DNA of 56,398 bases, taken from NCBI GenBank assembly GCA_034722055.1, contig JAYENL010000154.1, forward strand, positions 24,444 through 80,841, in the 5' to 3' direction. Origin of the DNA: Armatimonadota bacterium. Lineage in GTDB: Bacteria > Armatimonadota > Zipacnadia > Zipacnadales > UBA5352. The position numbers were made by a program, and so were the translations under genes. Each line of letters opens with the position of its first letter. Position 1 is the stretch's first letter. Positions 28,676-37,423 of this stretch are shown in pieces. The notes beneath the pieces are model-generated. The model ran no database searches. It saw only the letters and a program-made list of their open reading frames with translations, and was not told the DNA's origin.

Positions 28676-30682
28676 ATGGCCCTACCGATAGGAATGGTGT
28701 TGCTGGGCATGGCGCTGGTGATCGGGCCGTGGACGGTCGAGGGCCTGAACCCGATAACACAGATGATCCTCACGGTCATCGGCGCCGGGGTGCTCGTGGC
28801 CTCGGCGGTGCTGATCATCATCGCCAAGCTCTACCAGCGAACCGCCGCCAACGAGGCCTTCGTGCGCACGGGCATGGGGGGACGCTCCGTGGTGCTGGAC
28901 GGCGGCGCCATCGTCATCCCGGTGATGCACAAGACCGTCCCGGTCGTGCTGGAGAGCATGAAGCTGGAGGTGGAGCGCGGGGGCGAGGACGCGCTGATCA
29001 CCCGCGACAACCTCCGCTGCGACATCCGCGCCGAGTTCTACATCAAGGTCCAGGCTGTGAAGGACGACATCCTCAACGCGTCCCGATCGCTCGGCGACCG
29101 GTCCATCAACGCCGCGGCGGTCAGGGACCTGGTCTTCGAGAAGCTGGTCTCCGCCCTGCGCTCAGTCGCGGCCACCCGCGAGCTGGCACAGCTTCACGCC
29201 GAGCGCGACGACTTCGCCACCGCAGTGTCCGAGCTGGTGCGCGAGGACCTCAAGTCCAACGGCCTGACGCTGGAGTCAGTGACCATCTCGCGGCTGGACC
29301 AGACCGACACCTCGCGGCTGAACGAGCAGAACGTGTTCGACGCCCAAGGCCTGCGCAAGATCGCCGAGATCACCCAGCAGGCGCGCGTGGAGCGGAACAT
29401 GTACGAGCGCGACGCCGAGCGCCAGATCACGCAGAAGAACGTGGACACCCGCAAGGAAGTGCTGGACCTGGAGAAGGAGCAGGCTGAGGCCGAGGCCACT
29501 CAGCAGGCGGACGTGGCCATGATCCGCTCCGAGCGGCGCCAGCAGGCCGAGACCTACGACATCGAGCAGCGCCGCATCGTCGAGACCAAGGATATCGACA
29601 AGGAGCGGCAGGTCCAGGAGGCTGGCGTGCAGCGCGACCTGATGGTGAACATCGCCAAGGTCCAGGCGGAGAAGGACCTCATCGCCAAGCAGCAGGAGCA
29701 GCAGACCGCGGACATCCTGCGCAACCAGGCCATCCAGACCGCCGACGTGGAGCGCGAGCGCGCCGTTGAGGTCACGCAGCGCGAGCGGCAGATCGCGGTG
29801 GCCGAGGCCGAGCAGCGCCGCGCCACTGCCGAGCAGGAGCAACTGCTGGCCGAGGCCCAGCGCGAGCAGGCCGAGCAGGAGGTCATCACCGTTGAGGAGG
29901 TCGCCACTGCCGACCGTCAGAAGCAGGTGCAGGTGATCGCCGCCGAGCAGTCGGCCGAGCAGGAGAAGATCAAGGAGCAGATGGAGGCCGACATCGTCGC
30001 CTACAAGAACGCCAAGGTCGCCGAGGGCGAGCAGGAGGCGGCCACCCGCCTCGCCGAGGCCATCCGCACCAAGGCCGAGGCCGAGCGCGACGCCGCCAGA
30101 CTCGCCGCCGAGGGCGAAGAGGCCAAGCAGATGGTGCCTGTCAACGTCAACCGTCAGCAGGTGGCCGTGGACGCCCAGCGCGTGCACGACGTCGATGCCG
30201 CCAGCGTTGAGGTGCTGCGCAGCGAGCTGGCCGCCAAGGCCGAGTACGAGCAGATCTCGGTCGAGCTCGAGAAGGTCCTGGCCGACATCGCGGCCCGCAA
30301 GGACGTCGGGGTCGCCTTCGCCCACTCCGTTGGCGAGGCCCTCAGCCACGCCGACATGAACCTCTACGGAGAGCCCGCGATGCTGGGCACGGCCCTGGAG
30401 TCCTTTGCCAAGGCCGCAGGTGTCAGCGCCTGGGCCGATGGGCTCGTCAGCACACTGCCTGAGGGCACCATCGAGACCGCGGCGTCAACCCTCTCTGGCG
30501 CCTTCCCCCAGCTCCGCGAGGTGCTCGACAACGTCATCGCCGACCACCGCGCGCGCGGTGGCGACGTCGAGAAGGCCGCAGAGGCCTACGCCGAGGCCGA
30601 CGGCGGCTGGGAGGCCGAGGAGCCGGTGAAGGAGAATCCCGGTTCCGCCGAGAAGGGTAACGCGCCCGAGGACCCGAGTTGA
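28676..30682 (+). CDS. floT: flotillin-family (SPFH/band-7) protein with a long EA-rich coiled-coil
   Basis: N-terminal TM + SPFH domain (RTGMGGRSVVLDGGAIVIPVMHKTVPVVLESMKLEV...ITRDNLRCDIRAEFYIKV). Followed by ~350 aa of A/E/Q/R-rich heptads. Confidence 0.85.
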   Translation: MALPIGMVLLGMALVIGPWTVEGLNPITQMILTVIGAGVLVASAVLIIIAKLYQRTAANEAFVRTGMGGRSVVLDGGAIVIPVMHKTVPVVLESMKLEVERGGEDALITRDNLRCDIRAEFYIKVQAVKDDILNASRSLGDRSINAAAVRDLVFEKLVSALRSVAATRELAQLHAERDDFATAVSELVREDLKSNGLTLESVTISRLDQTDTSRLNEQNVFDAQGLRKIAEITQQARVERNMYERDAERQITQKNVDTRKEVLDLEKEQAEAEATQQADVAMIRSERRQQAETYDIEQRRIVETKDIDKERQVQEAGVQRDLMVNIAKVQAEKDLIAKQQEQQTADILRNQAIQTADVERERAVEVTQRERQIAVAEAEQRRATAEQEQLLAEAQREQAEQEVITVEEVATADRQKQVQVIAAEQSAEQEKIKEQMEADIVAYKNAKVAEGEQEAATRLAEAIRTKAEAERDAARLAAEGEEAKQMVPVNVNRQQVAVDAQRVHDVDAASVEVLRSELAAKAEYEQISVELEKVLADIAARKDVGVAFAHSVGEALSHADMNLYGEPAMLGTALESFAKAAGVSAWADGLVSTLPEGTIETAASTLSGAFPQLREVLDNVIADHRARGGDVEKAAEAYAEADGGWEAEEPVKENPGSAEKGNAPEDPS

Positions 30683-30711
30683 CGGTTCGGTCATGACGTC
30701 AGGCGCATCAC

Positions 30712-30739
30712 GGGGGACGCGGCGTGTCCCGCGTCCCCC
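30712..30739 (+). terminator. strong GC hairpin (GGGGGACGCGG-CGTGT-CCGCGTCCCCC) followed by GTTGGT; likely terminator after the flotillin gene
   Basis: 11-bp perfect stem seen in the sequence 30 bp after the flotillin stop. The U-tract is weak. Confidence 0.4.
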
Positions 30740-30783
30740 GTTGGTACCATACAGGCCTTACAGGCGTGCCGGAGTGCGCTATC

Positions 30784-31398
30784 ATGCTCATGCAGTGGCT
30801 CATAATGGCAGCGACCGTCGGGGCCTTCGCTGCCTGCCTGTACATGTGGTCATCCGCCGAGCAGCTTCCCGAGCGGTGGCACCGGCTCTTCCGCCTGGGA
30901 TCGTGGGGAGCCATTCTCGGCGCCCCCGTTGGCGCCTCCGCTCAGTGGCTGCTGCAGCACGACGGCCGCTGGTGGGAGCTCTCTACGCTCTCCGATCCCT
31001 CGCAGCGCATTGGTTTGATCCTGGGGGCGATGGCCGGATCGACGCTCGCCTGCCGGCTGGCGAAGCTCGACATCCGCGAGGCTTTCCAGATGGCAGCCAC
31101 GGCTCTCTCGCCCTACCTGCTGGGGCTCGCCGCGGGAGCCGGCCTGGCCGGCCACCTCTACGCCTTCTTCATGATCGACGCCTGGGAGGCCCCGATAGCC
31201 TACCGGCAGCACGTCATGCACACCCTCGCCGGCGCATACATCATCCTCTCGCTCGCCGCCGCCACGCTCTTCAGCCTCGGCTTCACCGGCCGCGTCTGGC
31301 GCATCTGGGGGGCCGCGGTCCCCGAGGATGTCGAGCTGCTGGCCCTCCAGCCTCTGGACCTCGAGGCCGAGCCCGAGGAGACTGAGGCCCAGGCCTGA
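30784..31398 (+). CDS. small integral membrane protein (4-5 TM), unknown function
   Basis: Hydrophobic segments (MLMQWLIMAATVGAFAACLYMW..., ILGAMAGSTLAC..., AGAGLAGHLYAFFMI...). Start moved downstream of the terminator hairpin. Confidence 0.45.
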   Translation: MLMQWLIMAATVGAFAACLYMWSSAEQLPERWHRLFRLGSWGAILGAPVGASAQWLLQHDGRWWELSTLSDPSQRIGLILGAMAGSTLACRLAKLDIREAFQMAATALSPYLLGLAAGAGLAGHLYAFFMIDAWEAPIAYRQHVMHTLAGAYIILSLAAATLFSLGFTGRVWRIWGAAVPEDVELLALQPLDLEAEPEETEAQA

Positions 31399-31656
31399 CC
31401 TGCCTTCCCCTCAGCGTGCAGGCTCCCGCCCTCGCGTGGCGAAACGCCTCCTGTGAGTGCGCAGATGCTGCACGTGAGGGAGCGAGGTCAGCATGATCGA
31501 GCGGTTCACCATCAGCCGCGACGACTCCATCTACGAGTGCTTCCGCGCCGTCCCCCTCACCCTGTCCATCCCGTTCCGGAGCCGTCGGCGTTCAGCCGTG
31601 GTCGTATCTCGTTGATCGCCGCCGTTCGCCTATCTGCCGTTGAGGAGGAGCCACAC

Positions 31657-33165
31657 ATGCCGCGCTTCCATTCGGACCCCAGCAATATCGACCGGACGCT
31701 CCACGTCCTCTGCCGCGACATCGGCAACCGCCTCGCCGCGACCGAGAACGAGCACCGTGCGGCCGAGTACGTCGCTGACCAGATGCGACAGATCGGCCTC
31801 TCGGACGTCACTCTGGAGCGCTTCCCGTTCCGCGTCTGGGGCTATGAGACGGCCGAGGTCCGCGTGCTGGGCGATGGCGCGCGGACCATCGAGGCCATCC
31901 CGGTCGCGAACTCCCCGGCCACGCCCGAGGCAGGCATCGAGGCCGAGGTCGTCTACGTGGACAACGCCACGCCCGCGGACCTGGCGATGCACGATGTCGA
32001 GGGCAAGGTCCTGCTCATCTGGGGACTCTACGGCGACAAGCGCGAGAAGCTGCAGATGCTCCAGCGCTCCGATGCCGTGGGCGTGCTGTGGGTCGATGAC
32101 CGCCTCCCCTTCGACTGGCCGGTGTCGGCGGGCACGCCCTACGACTGGCGCGACACCCTCCAGCTCCCGCAGCTCACGCTCCCCTACTTCGACGCCCTGG
32201 AGCTGGCGCAGCAGCCCGGCGCTCGCGTGCGGATGATCAGCCGCACCTGGTCGGAGCCGGCCGAGTCCGTCAACGTCCTCGGCGATCTGCCCGGCCCCGG
32301 CGAGGAGCTCGTCCACGTCGGCGCGCACATCGACAGCGTCATCGTGGGGGTCGGCGCGGAGGATGACGGCTCCGGCGTGGCCGCGATGCTGGAGGCCGCG
32401 CGCATGCTGGTGGAGCTGGGCGAGCGGCCTGAGCGCACCGTCCGCTTCTGCGCCTTCGGCGCCGAGGAGCAGCTCTCGGAGGGCGCGCGGCAGTATGTCG
32501 AGGCGCATCCGGAGGAGGTGGATCGCACGCGGCTGATGGTGCAGCTCGACTCCGTGGCGGCCATCACCGGCCGCAACCAGCTTCGCGTGGTGGGGCCGCC
32601 GGAGCTGACCGACATGGTCCGCGCGCTCATCGAGCCCGGCCACGAGCCGCTGTCGGAGGCGGCGGGCACGCCGGCGGAGGGCGAGGATCGCGGCTCCTAC
32701 ACCCGTGGCGGTGATGTGCACCGCCCCGAGGAGGCGGGGCCGGGCGCCAAGCACGGGCCATCGCCGGGCACGCCCGCGCGGGATCGGGCCTCCGTGGCGC
32801 GCGGGGCGGAGATGTCTCGACCGAGTCAGGCCGGGCCGTCGCCGGAGGTCCAGCCGCGGGGCGTGCCGGTGATCTCGGGGGAGGTGCTGGAGGAGGTCTC
32901 GCCCTACTCGGACATGTTCCCGTTCAACGCCCGCGGGGCGCCGTCGGTGTGGCTGCATCGGATGAACCAGGCGGGGACGCGCTACTTCCACCACTCGCAC
33001 CTGGACGACCTGCAGTCGATCTCATCCGAGGTCATCGCCATGCACGCGAATGCCACCGCGCACTTGACGCACACCGCGGCCTTCACCGACCCCACCTGGC
33101 AGCGGACCATCCCCCAGGGCCAGATGACCGAGATCGAGGAGATGGCCAAGCGCTTCTTCCCGTAG
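31657..33165 (+). CDS. M28-family Zn aminopeptidase with a ~75-aa low-complexity insertion
   Basis: GAGGAGG Shine-Dalgarno + ATG at 31657. M28 core (HVGAHIDSV, AEDDGSGVAAMLEAARML, AFGAEEQ, C-terminal HHSHLDDL). Insertion is GTPAEGEDRG...PSPEVQPRG. Confidence 0.8.
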   Translation: MPRFHSDPSNIDRTLHVLCRDIGNRLAATENEHRAAEYVADQMRQIGLSDVTLERFPFRVWGYETAEVRVLGDGARTIEAIPVANSPATPEAGIEAEVVYVDNATPADLAMHDVEGKVLLIWGLYGDKREKLQMLQRSDAVGVLWVDDRLPFDWPVSAGTPYDWRDTLQLPQLTLPYFDALELAQQPGARVRMISRTWSEPAESVNVLGDLPGPGEELVHVGAHIDSVIVGVGAEDDGSGVAAMLEAARMLVELGERPERTVRFCAFGAEEQLSEGARQYVEAHPEEVDRTRLMVQLDSVAAITGRNQLRVVGPPELTDMVRALIEPGHEPLSEAAGTPAEGEDRGSYTRGGDVHRPEEAGPGAKHGPSPGTPARDRASVARGAEMSRPSQAGPSPEVQPRGVPVISGEVLEEVSPYSDMFPFNARGAPSVWLHRMNQAGTRYFHHSHLDDLQSISSEVIAMHANATAHLTHTAAFTDPTWQRTIPQGQMTEIEEMAKRFFP

Positions 33166-33213
33166 CGCCCTGACTCGTCTCTCGTACGGAGGGGCGGCCT
33201 GCCCAGGCCGCCC

Positions 33214-33600
33214 GCCGTGCCGTCTGGAGGGGCCGGACCACTGTCCGGCCCGCCGTGCCGTTTGCCGCGCCGTTTGGAGGGGCGCGACTACGTTCGCGCC
33301 CGGCCGTCGCCGCCCGCTCTATCTCACGCGCAGGTCGGGCTTCCAGCCCGACAACGCAAACGACGCACGGACCGAGACCAAAGGTCTCCAGTGTCCGTGC
33401 CACGGAACGGCGGCCTTTGCCGTGCCGTCTGGAGGGGCCGGACCACTGTCCGGCCCGCCGTGCCGTTTGCCGCGCCGTTTGGCGGGGCGCGCCTCCGCTC
33501 GCGCCCGGCCGTTGCCGCCCGGTCTATCTCACGCGTAGGTCGGGCTTCCAGCCCGACAACCCAAACGACCGGCGGGTCTGAAGACGCCGCCGCTCCTATA
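33214..33600. repeat. two tandem copies (period 205 bp) of a composite repeat: REP hairpin + GC hairpin + CGCGYAGGTCGGGCTTCCAGCCCG structured core
   Basis: 33214-33418 and 33419-~33600 are near-identical (GCCGTGCCGTCTGGAGGGGCCGGACCACTGTCCGGCCCGCCGTGCCGTTTGCCGCGCCGTTTGG...). They sit directly upstream of the candidate restriction endonuclease gene. The long ORF 33217..34377 through them is an artefact. Confidence 0.85.
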
Positions 33601-33696
33601 TGTCTTCAGCGTACGCATGCTGCCCCAAAGCCAGTCAGCTTGAAGGGCTGCCCAGCGATCGGTGCGAATGGGGTAGTAAAGCCCCGCGGAGTGTGG

Positions 33697-34377
33697 ATGG
33701 CTCCACGCGAGAGGGATGACATTGTGAACGATGACAGAGATTACAAGACGGCGGCTCTGAAGAACATGGTTGCAAATCGGTTCCAACTGAACTTCAAGCG
33801 CAACGTCGGACCCACCTCACAGTCCATCAGGGAGTGCCAGCCCCGCTCGAGAGATGGGTGGGCAGATTACTACTACGCGAGCGTCCGGCCCCCCAAGCAC
33901 ATCGACGGACTCGGGAGGATCATGTACCAGAAGATCCACGAGGAGATCATTCCTGCACTCCAGAGCATCACGGTCGAGGAGTGCATCGCATACATGCACG
34001 AGCTGGTCATCGACAAGACGTACGATGGATACTGCGCCGAGATTGCTGCAGTGAAGCAGTTCGTCGAGGAGGAGTTGGAAGGCTACGAGGTCCTGCCCGC
34101 GCCTGACGAGGTGGACAGGACACTGGCGGTGGACTACTACATACCCGTCGGCGAGAACTGGGTTGGGTTGCAGATCAAACCTGTCACAGTTGAGCAGATT
34201 CCCAATCTACATGAATGGCAGGAAAGGTGGCGTGAGGGCCATGAGGAGTTCCGACGCCGGTACGGCGGAGGGGTCTTCACGCTGGTGAGTGTCCGCGAGG
34301 GGCGCGACCAGAAGGCACTCCACAATCCCGAGGTCATTCAGGACATCAAGGCTGAGATACAGCGGCTTGAGCAGTGA
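33697..34377 (+). CDS. candidate Type II restriction endonuclease (PD-(D/E)xK-like), partner of the adjacent methyltransferase
   Basis: 226-aa ORF with GC content visibly lower than its neighbours. Convergent with, and overlapping by ~32 bp, the DNA methyltransferase gene. Possible catalytic pattern ...VDYYIPVGENWVGLQIK. No recognised family; the call is by context. Confidence 0.45.
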   Translation: MAPRERDDIVNDDRDYKTAALKNMVANRFQLNFKRNVGPTSQSIRECQPRSRDGWADYYYASVRPPKHIDGLGRIMYQKIHEEIIPALQSITVEECIAYMHELVIDKTYDGYCAEIAAVKQFVEEELEGYEVLPAPDEVDRTLAVDYYIPVGENWVGLQIKPVTVEQIPNLHEWQERWREGHEEFRRRYGGGVFTLVSVREGRDQKALHNPEVIQDIKAEIQRLEQ

Positions 34378-35275
34378 CGTCGCCATCCCGCGGCGCCTCG
34401 CGGGTCTCAAACGTGAGGTCTACCTCGCCGGCATCGAACAGGCTTGCGTCCCCGACGCCGAACTTGTCGCGGATGACCTCCCGGAAGGCCTCGTTGATCT
34501 CGTAGCCCACCGATGAGCGGCCCTCTTCGTGAGCCGCGAGGGCCGTCGTTCCACTCCCCATGAACGGGTCCAGGACCGTGTCTGCCCAGAAGGTGTACAT
34601 TTTGATCAGCCGCCGCGGGATCTCCAGCGGGAACATCGCGACGTGGTCCTCCTGTCGAGCCGGCGGAATGTCATCCCAAACGCCCCTGAACCACCTGGAC
34701 CGCTGCTCTTTGGTGAGCCTGCTCTTCTCCTTTGCCTCGTCGGAGGCAGGGCCGGGCCAATCGCCGCGCTTGCGCAGCAGCAGGATATACTCGTGCTCGT
34801 AGGTGACGTGGCCGTCGCGGGGGTAGTACATGGACCCCATGAGCGTGCAGCCGCCCGTGGTGTTGGTGGTGGACACCTTGCGCCAAATGATGTTGCCCAT
34901 GAAGTCGAAGCCGACCTGGCGGCCGATCACGCTGAGGTCGGCGGGGATGGGCTGGACCCGATACCGCCCGTGCTCGGAGGCGCGCAGGTACTGGTCTCCG
35001 ATGTTAATGGCCATTCGGCATCCGGGGTGCAGGACGCGGTGGCACTCCGCGATGACGCGCTCCATCGACGCCAGATACTCATCGTAGGCTTGGCGGTGAC
35101 CGATCTGGCCGGGATGCTCGTAGTCCTTGATGCACCAGTAGGGAGGGGACGTCACCACCAGATGAACGGACGCGTCTGCCAACTCGCTCATATACTGACT
35201 GTCGCCGAAGATGATGCGATGCTTCTGCGCAGAGTCTGACACAGCGGCCACCTCGTTAGCAGCGGGTCCTGTCAC
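34346..35275 (-). CDS. beta-class DNA amino-methyltransferase (N4-cytosine or N6-adenine); motif IV SPPY precedes motif I FxGSG
   Basis: LVVTSPPYW (motif IV) near the N-terminus, DPFMGSGTT (motif I) near the C-terminus. This is the permuted beta-class order seen in M.PvuII/M.RsrI-type enzymes. Confidence 0.85.
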   Translation of the reverse strand: MTGPAANEVAAVSDSAQKHRIIFGDSQYMSELADASVHLVVTSPPYWCIKDYEHPGQIGHRQAYDEYLASMERVIAECHRVLHPGCRMAINIGDQYLRASEHGRYRVQPIPADLSVIGRQVGFDFMGNIIWRKVSTTNTTGGCTLMGSMYYPRDGHVTYEHEYILLLRKRGDWPGPASDEAKEKSRLTKEQRSRWFRGVWDDIPPARQEDHVAMFPLEIPRRLIKMYTFWADTVLDPFMGSGTTALAAHEEGRSSVGYEINEAFREVIRDKFGVGDASLFDAGEVDLTFETREAPRDGDVTAQAAVSQP

Positions 35276-35299
35276 TCACATCGTCATTATACCATCAGC

Positions 35300-37282
35300 T
35301 CACGGCCACGGAAAGAACGGCGCTGGCGTTCTCCAGATGCCGGAGATGGTGGCCCAGAGCACGGCCTGGGAGAACTCGCCCAGGATGAGGCCGAAGAAGA
35401 ACGGCCGCAGCCGCAAGTACACGCTCATGCCCCCGTAGCGGATCACCCCGCCCTTGATCAGCCACGCCACCAGCATCGGGAACCAGAACACGATCATGCT
35501 CCACGAGCCCGAGAGCGCGAAGCCCAGCGGCGAGAGCGGCCACCACACATACTGCATGCGCAGGACGCTGAGCACCAGCGTCACCACCACCCCCGAGCCG
35601 AAGAAGGCCAGCAGCCGGGGGTCATACTCATCCCCCGCCTGCAGGATCGGCGCGAAGTAGCGCACCCCCAGCAGGGGATTGCCGCGGTAGACGTAGCCGT
35701 ACATGCCGATGGCCCCGTGCTCGTAGGGCAGCCGCAGGTGCAGCCAGCCCCCGAAGCCCAGCGCCACCGCCAGCGCCACGCCCAGCGCCCCGAACAGGTG
35801 CCGACGATCCAGGCCGGTCGCGTCGGACATCTTCAGCGAGTCCAGCAGCGTGGAGAGCAGGTTGCCGCGCAGATCGCGGGTGAAGACCGCATCGGCGAAG
35901 GCCAGGGAGGTGAGGGTGCTCGGCCGCAGGGACTTCATGGGCGTGCCCAGGCGCACCAGGTCCACGGGGCGGAAGCTGGTCTCGGTCATCAGCAGCCCCG
36001 CCTCGGCCACGCTGCGGGCCATCACCACGCAGACCACGCCCAGGAAGACGATGGTCTCCAGCGCGGCCATCCACCAGCTCATCCCCAGCATCGCGAACCA
36101 CCCCGTGGCGACGATCACCGCCGCGGCCAGGCCGATGAGCTCAACGCGCGGCGGCAGCGCCGGCCGGGCCTCGGCCTCATGGTCCGCGGCGTGCTCGCCG
36201 CCGCCCATCGCGGCCCGCCACAGGGCGGACAGATGCGGGCGCGCGGAGCGGATGAGGTAGCCGGTGAGCACCAGGTATGCGCCGGCCACCTGGTAGCCGT
36301 TCCACAGTGAGGTGGGGTAGAGGGGCATGGGCTCGAAGGTTGCTCCGAAGGCCGAGAAGGCGATGTTCTGGATGCGGATGATGACGTAGAAGGCCCACAG
36401 GGAGAAGAGGACCTGGGCGGGGAGGAAGTACCCAAAGCCCACGGCGGCCATGGAGGTGTAGGCGGTGGTGTAGCCCAGGTCCCGCCACGGCCGGCCCATG
36501 GCGTTGAAGACGAGCTGGTTGAGGCGGTATTGGACGGGGATCTGGGGCACGGACGGCCGCAGGCCGTGGATGCCGTTGACGGTGAAGACGATGGTGGGGA
36601 TGGCGAAGCCGATCCACATGATGGGGTCGGCGAAGACCGAGCGCGCCCACCGGGAGTGCTCGGCCAGCTCCACCGGCAGGACGGTGAGGGGGAAGGAGAG
36701 CTTCTCGTTATCCACCCACTGCCGGCGGATGATCGACGCCAGGCAGAAGTAGGCCACGAAGAGGGCCAGCACGGGGGGCAGCCAGGCCGCCAGGGCCTGC
36801 AGCCACGGCCGCCAGGGCATGGCTGCGCCGGAGCGGAGGCCCTCGTAGAACGCGGAGGCGATCCACTGCCCGGACTCGCCCTCCACGTCGAAGGGCACCG
36901 CCCACTGGGGGATGTGCTCGAAGAAGAGCTGGGCCCAGTCGTTGGCGGGGTTGGCGTAGTAGTTGACGCAGATGAGCGCCGGGATCCACCGCTCCAGCAG
37001 CCCGCGGCTCATGGTCAGCGCGCCCACCAGGGTCATGGTGTAGACCACGATGACCTCGTGCGCGCGCAGGGCGAGGCGAGGCACGAGGGCCCCGATGGCG
37101 AGATTCGCCATGACCACCGCCAGCAGGATGCCGATGGCGGTGGGGGCGAACTGGCAGATGGCGATCTGGATGCTGCCCACCGTCATCTCGGCCCAGGAGA
37201 CCATCCAGCAGGCGGCCGCCGCGCAGGCGGCGCCGATGACGACGGCCCGGACGGACAGCGGGCGGCGCGGGATCGCGATCAC
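35300..37282 (-). CDS. large polytopic integral membrane protein of unknown family (paralog of 12412..14331)
   Basis: 660 aa with many TM helices. Shares several colinear motifs with the first paralog (see 12412..14331). Ends 25 bp upstream of the methyltransferase start on the same strand. Confidence 0.7.
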   Translation of the reverse strand: MIAIPRRPLSVRAVVIGAACAAAACWMVSWAEMTVGSIQIAICQFAPTAIGILLAVVMANLAIGALVPRLALRAHEVIVVYTMTLVGALTMSRGLLERWIPALICVNYYANPANDWAQLFFEHIPQWAVPFDVEGESGQWIASAFYEGLRSGAAMPWRPWLQALAAWLPPVLALFVAYFCLASIIRRQWVDNEKLSFPLTVLPVELAEHSRWARSVFADPIMWIGFAIPTIVFTVNGIHGLRPSVPQIPVQYRLNQLVFNAMGRPWRDLGYTTAYTSMAAVGFGYFLPAQVLFSLWAFYVIIRIQNIAFSAFGATFEPMPLYPTSLWNGYQVAGAYLVLTGYLIRSARPHLSALWRAAMGGGEHAADHEAEARPALPPRVELIGLAAAVIVATGWFAMLGMSWWMAALETIVFLGVVCVVMARSVAEAGLLMTETSFRPVDLVRLGTPMKSLRPSTLTSLAFADAVFTRDLRGNLLSTLLDSLKMSDATGLDRRHLFGALGVALAVALGFGGWLHLRLPYEHGAIGMYGYVYRGNPLLGVRYFAPILQAGDEYDPRLLAFFGSGVVVTLVLSVLRMQYVWWPLSPLGFALSGSWSMIVFWFPMLVAWLIKGGVIRYGGMSVYLRLRPFFFGLILGEFSQAVLWATISGIWRTPAPFFPWP

Positions 37283-37423
37283 TCCGCGGCCGGGGGATGG
37301 AGGACCTCGCCGCCGATTCCACTGCCAGGCCGCGAAGTCCTCCCGTCGCGCGCTGGAAGGTGGCCTCCGAGGCTGTGACGAAGCTGTGCCCGCCCCAGGA
37401 ATCCCCTTGGAGGTGAGCCGCAG

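Noticed and set aside
33214-33600. Possible CRISPR or tRNA array
   Set aside because: Only two long (205 bp) imperfect units with no short unique spacers. No cloverleaf-compatible sequence and no T-loop (GTTCRANYC) motif was seen anywhere in the window.
33217-34377. 386-aa ORF starting inside the 205-bp tandem repeats
   Set aside because: The first 160 codons translate repeat DNA (Ala/Arg/Pro-rich, duplicated). The plausible gene starts at the ATG at 33697, where GC drops and a Shine-Dalgarno is present.
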